64,000 nucleotides of DNA, from assembly GCA_013265495.1 (NCBI GenBank), contig MU058844.1:11926184-11990183 (forward strand), given 5' to 3'. Position numbers and translations under genes: made by a program. Source of the DNA: Vicugna vicugna. Taxonomy: Eukaryota. A model generated the notes under the pieces. It was not told the origin of the DNA and did no database searches. It saw nothing but the letters and a program-made list of their open reading frames with translations. Positions within the stretch are counted from its first letter, which is position 1, and each line of letters begins with the position of its first letter. Below, piece by piece: positions 38,290-50,175 of the stretch.

Positions 38290-38633
38290 TGTGTTACTCA
38301 GTCTGGGCTGCGATAAGAAAATACCACTGACTGGGTGGTTTATAAATAACAGAAATGTATTTCTCATAGTTCTCGGAAGTTAAGTCTGAGCTCAGTGCAC
38401 TCAATGGCCAGGCAAGGACTCTCTTTCGGGTTGCAGACTTCTCCTTGTATCCTCACTTGATGGAAGGGGCGAACTATTTTTCCAGGGTCTTCTTTTACAA
38501 GATTACTAATCCCATTCATGAGGACTTGACCCTCATGACCTAATCACCTCCGAAAGGCCCCACGCTCAATACTATCACCTTAGGGGTCAAGTTTCAACAT
38601 ATGAATTCGGGGGGATATATTCAGACCATAACA
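38290..38633 (-). mobile_element. MaLR solo LTR (MLT1A-like), full length
   Basis: Minus strand starts TGTTATGGTCTGAAT...ATTCATATGTTGAAAC. Contains 'taatcccattcatgagg...ccctcatgacctaatcacctc'. 5-bp TSD ATCAC/ATCAT. Confidence 0.93.
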
Positions 38634-41251
38634 ATCATGAACTCATTTTTAGTTAACGTGACCCAAATCACAAGAGCTAAAAATGGCTCAAAGCCAGTGC
38701 TGCATGAGGAAGAGCTCATAAATTGGTTGGCCAATTTTACATTTATGCAGAAACAGAGAATTTATGGTTCCTTGAGACAACTAAATGACACCACATTTTA
38801 TGAAATTCTTAATAGTATTTTAAGGTCTCTTTGGAAATAATGATTCATCTCATGACTTGGGATATTAATTTGGAAGTCAGAATTAAGTAATGAGAATATA
38901 GGGAGTTGTAAGTATTTTTAATAAAAACCTGTATTCACACTCTAAAGGCAAACCAAAATCTTGTTCTTTTGATACAACCTAAACATTAGGCACTGATTAT
39001 AATATATTATTAGGCAAAATATGTATGGAAAAGAACCTCCTTATAAATCTCTGTATTCCACAGCTTAAGAAATGAAATCTTTCCTGTTGCAAATTCTTCC
39101 TGTGAGAAAAGGATCTTCAACTACCTCCACACTAATTTCTCTTTTAAGTAGATAACCCTTAGGAAAGCCTGAAATCACTCACCATACAAAAATGCAGGGA
39201 TGTTTACTTTCAAATGAATTTGATGACACATGAATCAGATTACTTGGATGGGTGTTCAACAAATTAGTGCATCTTTCATATTCACTAAGATACCTTCACT
39301 GGCTCACAGACGATTTCATGCTTGAAAGCAGACATAGGAACTTAAAAACGTAAGTTATGCTTTGGGTCTAATATTAAAGGAAAACCTTCTGAAGAGTTAC
39401 GGCTAGTATGTATTAATTCCACCCCTTTCAATGAACCATAAGAAATTACTACTATAGCAATTAAGCTCTGTTTAATCATTCATACAGCACACTATGAAGG
39501 ATTTACAAAGCAATTTCATTATAAAAAGCTAAATTTTAAATTCAAATATGTATAAACGTTGAACCAAAATTCACTGTCAATGGAGTTTAATAAAAATGAA
39601 AGAAATACCATTCAACAAAAAATGGATTTAAAAATTGACATCCCCATAACTTAAAATATCTGATTTAATGATTAGATGAGAAAATTGAAAAAAAGTGAAT
39701 TTATATGCCAAACTATACTGGATTACTACCAAATATGAGCAAACACAAATAGTAACTATTAAATTCTAGAAAAAATCTTTAATGTTCAAATATATAGCAA
39801 TTTTTCAAAAAGTAAAAGAATAGAAGAATAAAGGGCAAGCCTATTTTATTTGGAAGCCTTTAGCTTTTGTCTTTTTTTCTTATTACCCTTCAAGATAGTC
39901 GGAAAATTTTTTAAATCCATTTTCACAAATAACCAAAACTAGTAGCTCCTTTCACATAAAATTCCTTGCATTCCCCCTTCATACTCTCCATGATTGGGAA
40001 TTTATTTTTAGGATTTGGATATGGCACTGATAAATCTAAAGAAAAAACAACAACCCTCTTTGCACTCTGAAAATTAATTTTAAGTTATTATTTCTCAGTA
40101 ATTCAGTACCCAATATTCATAAACCTCATTTTAGTTCATATAATTTGTGCTTAATAAACTCTTCATTTAGAGGATACTTTTATTTAAGATATTTGACTTC
40201 TTTAAGAAATTAAATATGAAACATCCAGAAAACAAATCTACTTCCAAAAGAAACCCACTATTACCCATCATGATAAATAACATATGGAAAACGTTCAATA
40301 GAAGTATAAAAAATCAAATCTAACTTACAAGAATTTCTTTCAGACCAAGTTTATCATCCTATCTGATATATCAAAGCAAAATTCTAAATCAAATAAAAAT
40401 ACTTAATCCAGGTAGAATAAACTTCAAAGAAGCACAATACATACCTTTAAATAAGAGGATTTAATTCATAATTCAATTTAATACCTTTAGTAGAACATTT
40501 AGACATAATTAGCACAAGCCAACTGTCCTACAATCTTTGAATTCATTCTCAGAATGCATTAAATTAAAAGTATCATTTTCTTATGGAGTATTTTTTTTCC
40601 CTTCTAGACAATATTCAGGAGTCTGGCTTCTTATTTAACACACATCAGATTAAATTAAATGAAAGGACACAGTAGTTTAAGTAATCTAACATTTTTTTTT
40701 AGTCTGGTCATTGTAAGTCCACTCATTTGCTCATTCATTCTTCAAGCATTTGTTCCTTGTCTGCTATGTACAAGGCATTTGGTTTAACAGGAATAGTTAC
40801 TGAAATCAGAAACCAAGGACCACTGTTCTTCCAGCACTTTGAAATTGTTTATGGACAGTTTGAAAGACTCAACAGAGAAGGCTCTGATTAGTAATAAATT
40901 GGAACCACTGGGGTCTGAGTATATATATGACTATACCTGAAAGAGTTTAATATGGAATTTTGTAAAAAAAAAAAAAACAGAGATTAGGGGAAAAAATTGT
41001 ACAAGTAAGTTACGATTAATGCACAATAAACTAATTAAAATCATAATTGCACAGGCTCCTCAAATTTTCTCATCTGTCAAGTAAGGACAGTTAATGGTAT
41101 GCACTAGGTAACTATTGAATAAATCAATTAAAATGAAACATGTAAAGATTTTGAGATGTCATATGATGTATATAGAAATAGAAAAGGATTTCTAATTTGA
41201 GAAACTATCCAAGTAATATTTCTTTGTTAATTCCAGGCAAACTATTTTAGT

Positions 41252-41860
41252 TTGTAGTGGAATGGTTACAATTAAAGGCTGAAAAGTCAAACTAGCAGGC
41301 ATTCCCATCTGTCCTCTAAGTAATTGAATCATTACTGATTGAGTAATCCTGGGAAAATTACTTCAACTCTCTTAGCCTCAGTTACTTCAACTGTAAAATA
41401 GGAATAATCACATATATCTGTTATAAATTTAATGTTTGTGTCCCTCCACCCCAACCCCCTGCCTATGTTGAAACCTAACCCCCAGTGGGATGGTATCAGG
41501 AGGTGAAACTTTTGAAAGGTGGTTAGGTCATGAGGGTGGAGCCCTCATGAATGATTAGTGCCCTAATCATTTCTTCCAAGTCAGGACACAGCAAGATGAC
41601 AGCTAATGAACCAGGAAGCCTGTCTTCACCAAATATGGAATCTGCCAGCACCTTGACCTTGGACTGCCCAGCCTCCAGAACTTTGAGAAATAAATTGTCA
41701 CTGTTTAAGACACCTAGTCTATGATGTTTTTGTTACAGCAGTCTGAACAGACTAAGACAACTTACAGGGTTTTCATGAGGATGAATGGAATGATGTCAAT
41801 AATATGCCAAATATAAAAAGCCTGGCATGCAGCAAGTGTAATACTTAATATTTATTTTTA
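41252..41860 (+). mobile_element. MIR SINE interrupted by an MLT1A0 LTR
   Basis: Head and core to 'gcctcagttacttcaactgtaaaataggaataat' (41408). Resumes at 41760 with 'cagggttttcatgaggatgaatgg...gcctggcatgcagcaag'. Confidence 0.82.
41419..41759 (+). mobile_element. MaLR solo LTR (MLT1A0-like)
   Basis: Runs TGTTATAAATTTAATGTTTGTGTCCC...gccagcaccttgaccttggactgcccagcctccagaac...AATAAA...GACTAAGACA. Confidence 0.93.
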
Positions 41861-43361
41861 TAACTGAAATTCAGAATAAAAAATATCTTAAAGATACATG
41901 AGATCTACACAGTTTTTATTTTCCCAAGATACTAGGATATTTGACTAATAATGGAGAATTCCTCACAACTTCCCGACAGGAAAGAATATAGTCATGATAA
42001 GAAATAGCATGATTAAGAGAGACTGCCCTTTTATTTTTTCTCAGAGTAACTGTAAAAATTGTTTTTATTTCTTACAGAGAAACTATAATATGAAATAATG
42101 CCACAAGGCCTAGAATGATTTCATCTCTAGAACTAAAAATGTAGAAAAGGCAATAACATTTCTGTGATGTTATACAAGAAATTGTGGATTGCTGGTAAGT
42201 GTCTTTGATTTACACAGAAATATCAGAGCCAGGTTTCCTAAAGTAGTAAGAACTATACTATGGATATGTCCTTGATTTATCTTAAACAGGTCAAATGACC
42301 TAAAGGAATCATAAACAAAATTCTATTTGCCTAAGTGCCTACATGCTTTGTTCAGACTAAAATGTCCAGAGTTTCTCAGATTCCTTTATAGATTCTCAAA
42401 AGGGTCCATAAACCAACCACAAAAGGTCAAGTACCCCTGTTCCAAAAGTGACGACATAAATCACAACTCTTATGCGCTGCAGAGCACGGCAAACCTGTTA
42501 ACAGTAACTGTCACTCAATATTTATTTTTAGTGTACAAAGATAACATGTTATCAGAGAAGAATCTACACAGGTTAATAAGATTCCAGTGTGCTTTTTGTT
42601 TTCTTCTTCTTTTAAACCTAAATAAACATAAATAAATGGAGAGGCAGTTCAGATATGACCTCTTAACCGATAAAGAAGTTGGAATAAAGATTTATTGAGT
42701 AATAAGTACTTTACTTTTGAAGTTCAACAAAATTTATGGCTTAGGAATTATAATAGTACTGCAAGTGAGAACATTATCATTTATGAATTAAGCAGTGCTA
42801 TTAAAATATTTTCATTAGATCATATTTGTCATTAATAATGAGACTGTCAAATTACCTATTACTTTTCATATAATTACAAGTGTACATTAAAAGTGTCAAA
42901 AAGAAAAAGTATTTTAAAATATTCTCAAGCATTGGGAGGAAGCACAGGATAAAGATCTATCGAATACTTAGCTAACCCTTCCAGGAAAAAAAACCAAGAG
43001 TATGTTAAATAGAAATTAATTCTTCATTGAATATCACAATTATTTAGTGAAGGACGGAAAATCATTCTGATATATGTTAAGGAGGATGACCATGGGTATT
43101 TAAAAGAATGTGCAGTTCTCATATTGCTAAAATAGTTTGGATCCGAAATCTAAATATTCACCACGTTATTAGCTATTGAATTTACGTACTTTACCACTGG
43201 TACACATCAAAACCTGAATCATTTTGCAGTTTGTCAATTTGGTTGACTTTGTTTCCCATGATGCTCATCAAACTTTGTACCAAGCTGAAAGGTTATACCA
43301 AGAAATGGTTTATATAATACCAGCCTTGACAAGTATCACACCAAGGCATTTTAACCAAATT

Positions 43362-43775
43362 TAATAATGATAGCTAAAACATACTGATCACTTATTACAT
43401 ACCAGTCACTGTTATTCAAAACAACATGTATCTACATATATATATACACACACATAGACACATAGGCACAAATATTTGTGTCTATGTTTATGCATGCATA
43501 TATATATAGAGATAGATAACAGATATAGCACCTTCAACACACACGCACATACCTCCACACACATATTCATAGGGTTAAAGGGATAAATTCATATCTATTT
43601 TCATAACACCCAAGAAGGTAGATACTACTGTTGTCTCCATATTGCAGATTGAAAACACGACTTCAGAGAACATCAATCAATTGCCCATGATTGCGCAGCT
43701 AATAAGTGACTGAGCCAGAAATGTGAACCTGGTTAATACAGTCGAGTCCTGGCTCTTACCCCTTGCTTACTCTGC
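43362..43775 (-). mobile_element. MIR SINE with an internal (TA/CA)n low-complexity tract (~43430-43570)
   Basis: 'aataatgatagctaaaacatactgatcactta' and 'gtagatactactgttgtctccatattgcagattgaaaacac...gctaataagtgactgagccag'. Confidence 0.75.
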
Positions 43776-43929
43776 CTCTGGGAGTAATGGTCACAAAGAG
43801 GTAAGACAGGTGATGAGGAGAGAGGAGGAGTTTGGGAAGTGGTAGTTAAATGAAGGGATACCAGTTTGATCAAAGCTCTTGAGTAATGCTGATTATACTT
43901 TAGGTGTAACATTGAAACATACACGCAAC

Positions 43930-44760
43930 GGAGCACAGTTACAGATGTACACCCATGCACACCTGGTGTAGGCTCACCCACACACACTTAAAAGAAATGT
44001 TGTTTCAAATCCTTATTTGTATTTGAAAAAGTTAACTTTGTATGTAGCAACATTTTGTTTGTGTTTGTTTACTTTTTTTCCTTGTGTCCTTAATTTCCAA
44101 ACTGATGCAGTTTCAGAACTGACAAACTGAAAACTCCATCAACCTGTTTTGGCTTGAAAAGTGAGGTATGTGTTGACACAACTCACACAGTAGTCATGAT
44201 GATGTATGTTTAGTATTATATCAATTAATACTGTGGGGAAAACAGGTGTTTGTGTTTTATGCAATTAAAAATTTTAACTCAAAAATTATTTAAGGGAAAA
44301 AGCTTTTCCTAGTAAAATGTGAGATGTTTAAAATGATTCAGATTGTTGAAAAAAATAAAACTTAACTGACTAAAAAAAGATCTGTATACAATGTTTTCTT
44401 AAGGAGTGTAATTTATAACCGGTATGTACAAATTAAATAAATGCACTGTTGCTGTAAGTTGAAAATTATGCAATAAACATAAGGCATAAGCAATTTTCTT
44501 TCATGAAATAAAAACCTGATTGTAAGGAATGCATTCTTAACAAATGTAGTATTGACATATTCAATTAAAATGCTCATCCTTTTAGAAAAGAACAAAAAGG
44601 TGAATCTTTTCACCAAAATCCCTTTGGATAAAACAAATCTATTTTATTGCCAACTTGTGTTTTGTTTTCATGTTGTCTGTATAGCCCAGGAATGGAGACT
44701 AAAGAATGAAACACTTGCAATGTAATCGTAATGAAATGTAAATATATAATCATCAAACCT
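43930..44760 (+). mobile_element. Possible decayed hAT-Charlie transposase remnant
   Basis: Fragments resembling GKxVCxLC (~44236-44262), TVAVS (~44444) and KECIL (~44523-44538) occur in the order expected for Charlie/SPIN-type transposase N-termini. Heavily disrupted. Confidence 0.35.
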
Positions 44761-44951
44761 ATGTGTGAAGTTTAATTTTTATAAATTTAAAGTACCTATT
44801 ATAGTTAGAAAAAGCATAATACTTTGGAGAAATATATGCAAAAATCCATTTCATTATTCAATAAACATGTATTAAGTATTCAGGATGTGCTATGTATGGG
44901 CATCTACTCTCAAGTAGCATGTAGACTATTTCTGAGAGATATTCAGAGTGA

Positions 44952-46430
44952 GATGTCTTTTAGAAGTCCTAAGGAATCTATGAAAAACTACTAAAACTAA
45001 TAAATAAATGTAGCAAGATTATAGGATACAAGATAAATAGTGTTTGACATGGTAAGAACAAAATATCTGAAATGTAATTAAGAAAATAAGTTTTTCATAG
45101 TAGCATCAAAAGAATAAAATATTTAGGAATAAATTTAACTTAAGCACAATACTTACAAACAAAAAGTTATAAACATTGCTGAGAAAAATTATAAAAGCCC
45201 TTAAAAAAGGTGAGATATGCCATGTTCATGAATTAGAAGACTCAATACGATTAAGAAGACAATTATCCAAGATGAGCTACAAATTTAAGAGAATCTTAAT
45301 CAAAATACCAACCATCATTATTGCAGAAACTAACAAGCTAATCCTAAATTTTATATAGAAAGGCAAAAAACCTAAAACAGTTAAAACAATTTTGAAAAAG
45401 AAAGTCAGAGTTGAAGGATGTACACTCCTCAACTTTAAAACTTAATATAATGCTACAGTAATCAAGACAGTATGCTGTTTCCATATAGACTGACATAAAT
45501 ACAAATGAAACAGAATAGAAAGTCCAGAAACATACTCTCCAGTTATATCAACTGATTTTCCACAAATGTGTCAATGAAACTTGAGAGGAAAAGGAAAGCC
45601 TTTTCAGTAAATGACAATGGAATGACCGGATAGTTATATCAAAAACCAAAGATCTAGCCTCACACCATTTACAAGAATAAATTCAAAATGAAAAATATAT
45701 CTGAATGTACAAATTAAAACTAAAAACCATCTAGGAGAAATAGAAGAAGAAAACAGGGAAAAGGGGAGAAAACCTCTGACTTTGGGTTTAGGCAAAAATT
45801 TCTTATATGTTATTCCAAAGGCATGATTCATCAAAGAAGCAAACTGTTAAATTTAACTTCAGCAAAATTAAAAACCTTTCTTTTCGAAAAGCACCATTAA
45901 GTGAAAAGATAAGCTACAGACCAAGAGAAAATATTTGCAACTCACATATCTAATAAAGGTATTACACCTACAACATATAAATAACTCTGAATAGGCAATA
46001 AACTGAATCAAAAGTGAAAAAAGATCTGAATTAGACAGGTAGTAGGTACATAAATGCATTCTCAACATCATTAATCATATGAAATGCAAATTAAAATCAC
46101 AATAGGCCACTCCTTACACGAGAATGGCTAAAACCAAAAAGTCTGAAAAAAAATCTAAGTTTGTTAAAGAAACGGAAAACTAGAACTCTCAATAATTGCG
46201 GGTGGTAAGGTAAAATGGTAACCCCATGTTGGATAACAGTTGGTCAGGAATGAAGAGGAAGACTGACTGCAAGGGTCATAGAGGAACTTCTGGTGAAGAC
46301 AGACAGGCTCTAAAACTGGACTGAGGTAGTGGTTACATAATTGTACATATTTCCTTGAATGTATTGAATTGTAAACTTACAATGGTGAACTTTACAGTGT
46401 ATAAATTATAAATCAACTGGAAAAATAAAT
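44952..46430 (+). mobile_element. Ancient L1M (ORF2 3' half with internal deletion, plus 3' UTR end)
   Basis: 'gaagtcctaaggaatctatgaaaaactactaaaactaataaataaa', 'gctacagtaatcaagacagt', UTR 'ggtagtggttacataattgtacatattt...aatggtgaacttta'. Confidence 0.88.
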
Positions 46431-46435
46431 GGACT

Positions 46436-46571
46436 ATATCTTATAGTAACCTATAATAAAAAAGATTATGAAAATGAATATATGTATGTATATGTATGGT
46501 TGAACTATCATGCTCTACACTAGAAATTGACATAACATTGTAAACTGACTATACTTCAGTTAGAAAAAAAA
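46436..46571 (+). mobile_element. Severely 5'-truncated young camelid-type L1 3' end
   Basis: 'tagtaacctataataaaaaagattatgaaaatgaatatatgtatg...cattgtaaactgactatacttcagttagaaaaaaaa'. Similar to the terminus at 24200-24360. Confidence 0.85.
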
Positions 46572-47139
46572 GAAATGTCTTTGGGTAATTCATGTAGAAA
46601 ATCTATAGTATAAACACACAAAGAAAACGTCTAATTCCTTTGAAGGCACAGAATTGATTCATAGACGTGAATCTTTCTGACTTCCCCCAAATTTCCAGCT
46701 CCAATAATTTAATATGACATCACAATACTTGACTTAAATTCTGAGATAAAACAAATTCCATTCAAATGGAAAAATGGGACTGACACCTACTTGCTAAAAT
46801 TTTTCTATCCAGTTTAACCCACAGTGGTAGCTGAATGAAACAGCTCCAATTAGACTTTGCTCCACCCATTAAAAGTAATTTCTGATGCATTAATTTTATA
46901 CATATAATTACCATAAAATAAGATGACTATCTGTTATTTATCACTTCAGGGGTATTTGTATACTTTCTCTTGACTCAGAAATCCAGAATTTTTCCCAGTA
47001 CCCTTCCCACATAGATACATATGTGTGTTTGCAAACATGAAAATAAAAATAAACACACACACACACACAGAGCTTTAATGTATTTACATATAACATATAT
47101 TCATATATGGATATATACAAATAGTTCGATTTTGTATTC

Positions 47140-47290
47140 AGCCAGTACTTACTATCTGCCAAACACTGTTCTAAGTGCTCCTAGCTTCACTACTGTCCCA
47201 ACCTAAGAGAGAGGTAGCAGCAGTAACCTCGTTTTACAGACAAGGACACTAGAGAGAACTTAAATCCCAAAAGCAGAACAGAAAGCTATC
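47140..47290 (-). mobile_element. MIR SINE fragment
   Basis: 'gtacttactatctgccaaacactgttctaagtgct...cctcgttttacagacaaggacactagag'. Confidence 0.7.
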
Positions 47291-47314
47291 ATTTTTGTTT
47301 CCCTTTATCATTCC

Positions 47315-47642
47315 ACTGTCTTCTGGTCATCGTACCCCCACGACTACTCCTTTGAAAGCTACTCTGTCTGCACCTGTACCTGCCTGTCGCTAGCTACAGA
47401 TGAAGAATGGGCCAAGTTCAAGCTAACTAGTGCCCCCGTCAAATTAGATTCCCAAACCTAGGACACGAGTTGCTGCTACACACAGTCCAAAGCACCTCTG
47501 ACCCTTTCTTTTTCAAAGTCTGGATCTTCAGTTGTTCCTTTTTCTACATCAGCTGCCACACATCCTTTTAGTAAATTCCAGTGTTTGTGGAAACGGCCAC
47601 ATTTTTACTCCCTTGTATGTAACTGAAGTAGTCTAAAGAACA
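47315..47642 (+). mobile_element. Old MLT1-type LTR (tentative)
   Basis: 3' end 'catccttttagtaaattcc...tgtaactgaagtagtctaaagaaca' resembles MLT1K/L. Confidence 0.4.
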
Positions 47643-48964
47643 ACACTAGCTCAGCTAAAATTCTGATTCTAGCCCCTGGAGCCTTAAAATATGAAAGGAC
47701 CACTGGCCATCTGATGCAGTTGTCACCTCATCATATGTCCTTATGGACCACGTGTAGATGGGGATTCAGGACATTAAGGGCAAAGGAAGAGTCTGCCCTA
47801 ATGATGGAACCAATTTCAGAGTTGTTTTTTGTGAAGTATTTTAAAATCCCTGTGGCTGTTAAATAATCTATTTCAATCATCATTCCTACAAGCAGCAAGA
47901 ACTACTTAAAAAGAAAAAAAATCATGGGAAAGATTTTGGTAGTAACAAACCAAGTCACCAGCAAAGTGGAGAAAACCCATCAGTCAGTCTAAGTCTGAAA
48001 AAATTAAGGGATCACAGAGAAAAAGCGGTGGAAATTTTACTTCAATATATTTTTTTTAAGTCCATATAAACATGGTGGGGAATATCCTTCAGTTTTAATG
48101 ACCGAAATTTTCTAAGGAATTGATGAAGTTCTGTTTCGCAATAGGTAAGGCAAGCAGCTGGGTTGAAAAGTGGAAAAGTTTTACAATTAATTGGACTCAA
48201 AGGGAGTGTGTCATCTCTGGCATTCTTCATTAAGCTGTTTCAGCAATGTGCAACATATTTGTACTTTGTTGAGTTCTAAAGGCCCAGTAGTTAGTTTTAA
48301 TAACAATCGGAGGTATCTGGATGAATTTCCTCTAGATTTGAAATAGCTGCTAATAATTGATGAGAAACAGGATTTTTGATCCTCAGTACTCACTCAGTTG
48401 GATCAACTCACTCGAAAACCAGGTGGAAAATCGGGAAACTGTTTCTATCATTAGCAGTACTTTTATTTGGTTCTTGATCTTCTCACTGACTTAATGATAG
48501 GTATTACAAGGCACACAATTTCTTTATTAGTCTGCTTTTAAATGATACCATAAGTGGGACATTTAAGTCATTAACTTTAACTAATGGTCACCTACAACTG
48601 ACATCAGGCTCCAGGAAAATTTTCAGACTTATGAACCCCATGAAACAAAACATCCTTCTAAAAGTTAATTATAATTTATGTAATTTTTAAATTAAGGTAC
48701 TAAGCCACACTAAATAATTCAAATCAGGAACATACAGAGATATTATAATGGTTCATAATTAATGGTAAAATGCTCTTCTCTCCATCAGATTTTTGCACTT
48801 AAATCTTCTCTCTTCAAATTACGCATAAGATTAATTCAGAGTACCTAGTAACAAGGCTTCCAGATGTATCTCCTTCAAACTCAGCGTCGAGTGAAACACC
48901 CCCTGACAGCAGAGAAGTGGCAACTAGAGCTTCTTATCAAGTTCTTTGTTGTTCTCTCCAACTA

Positions 48965-49262
48965 GGAAACGCGCAAGGTTCAGCTTAATCGTTGATCTTC
49001 AGGGAAGATTTTCTTGATGCACCCCCTCCTCCACAGCCTAGGGTAAGCCAAGTTCCTCAATTACACCTCTCAAAATACCTCAGACTTCTCCTTTCAAGAG
49101 ATTAAATACAAGAAATTAAATTACTGTATGTGATTACTTGTTTAAGGAACATTTTTAATTCTCAGCTTGAAGGGGGATGTGCTTAACCGCTTCATCATTG
49201 CATCCCTTGAAGTCAGCACAGAGCCTGGCACTCAGGAGGCACTTACAAAATAAAAATAAGCA
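48965..49262 (+). mobile_element. L2 3' end
   Basis: 'cttcagggaagattttcttgat...cagcacagagcctggcactcaggaggcacttacaaaata'. Confidence 0.75.
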
Positions 49263-49974
49263 GGGAAGAAGAGACAGGAGGTTTGACAGGGGCCAAACCT
49301 GGAGAAGACAAATTTATAAGACAAGGAGAGACAGTGGAGGGACACCAGGGCTGTAACCCTGAAATTAAACAACATATCTCACTGTATTTGAACAGAAAGA
49401 TCTTTGTTTCAGCACATTCTGGCTAAAGGTTTCATGAAGGAACCCAAACTGAAATGAAAGAGGAAATCAAACTGATCTTGGAAGAGAAAATAAAACCACT
49501 GCAAGAGGAAACAAAAGTGTAGACTGTCACTTTGAAAAGAACTATTACATCATTCATTTTGAAAGGCAGATGTAAAAATCTTCAGTCATACAAAATATAG
49601 CAGAGAGCTAGTGATATTGGCAAAATGATTCTGCATTCGTCACATTACAGAAGACTGCTGAACTTTCGTCTATTACAACACAGTCATTTTTAAATAAGAT
49701 TACAATATAAAGGTCAGAATGATGTATAGTTACAGTGCATATGAATTTCACTCTTATTTTAAAATTCAAATAGAAAATTTCTTCATATCTCTGATTTACT
49801 CTTCTTAGTTTATATGTTGAATTGTACTTTGTGAATCAAAGGTATTCCAAGCAGTCAGCTGCATAATTTGTGCAAACATGGTGTGCTAATTTATGCCTTT
49901 AAATTAAACAAGATAAATTAAAATTTGAAGTAAGTACCAACAGAACAAAAAATAATACAGCATATAGTGTATTA

Positions 49975-50175
49975 CTATCCAGGGTTACATTAAAATGATC
50001 TCTGTCTCTTGTCACTTATACTCAATACAGAATTTGAAATACACAAATACCATCATACTTTGAACAATTTAAGGTCAATGACAACATATGTTTTATTCAC
50101 TAAATTATCCTCAGTGCCTAGTAGAATGCCCCCCATGTAAGAGGTGCGCAATAAATGCTGAATGAATGAATGAAT
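49975..50175 (+). mobile_element. L2 3' end with (TGAA)n tail
   Basis: 'tatcctcagtgcctagtagaatgccccccatgtaagaggtgcgcaataaatgctgaatgaatgaatgaat'. Confidence 0.82.

Noticed and set aside
42078..42194. Plus-strand segment with strong acceptor (tttcttacag) and donor (CTG|gtaagt)
   Set aside because: It has stops in all three frames, is isolated, and is opposite to the inferred transcription direction. Such pseudo-exons are common in AT-rich DNA.
44949..46582. Apparent TSD (GAGATGTCTTT/GAAATGTCTTT) implying an old-L1/young-L1 chimera
   Set aside because: The left copy is explained as part of the L1 ORF2 consensus itself. Two independent insertions are simpler.
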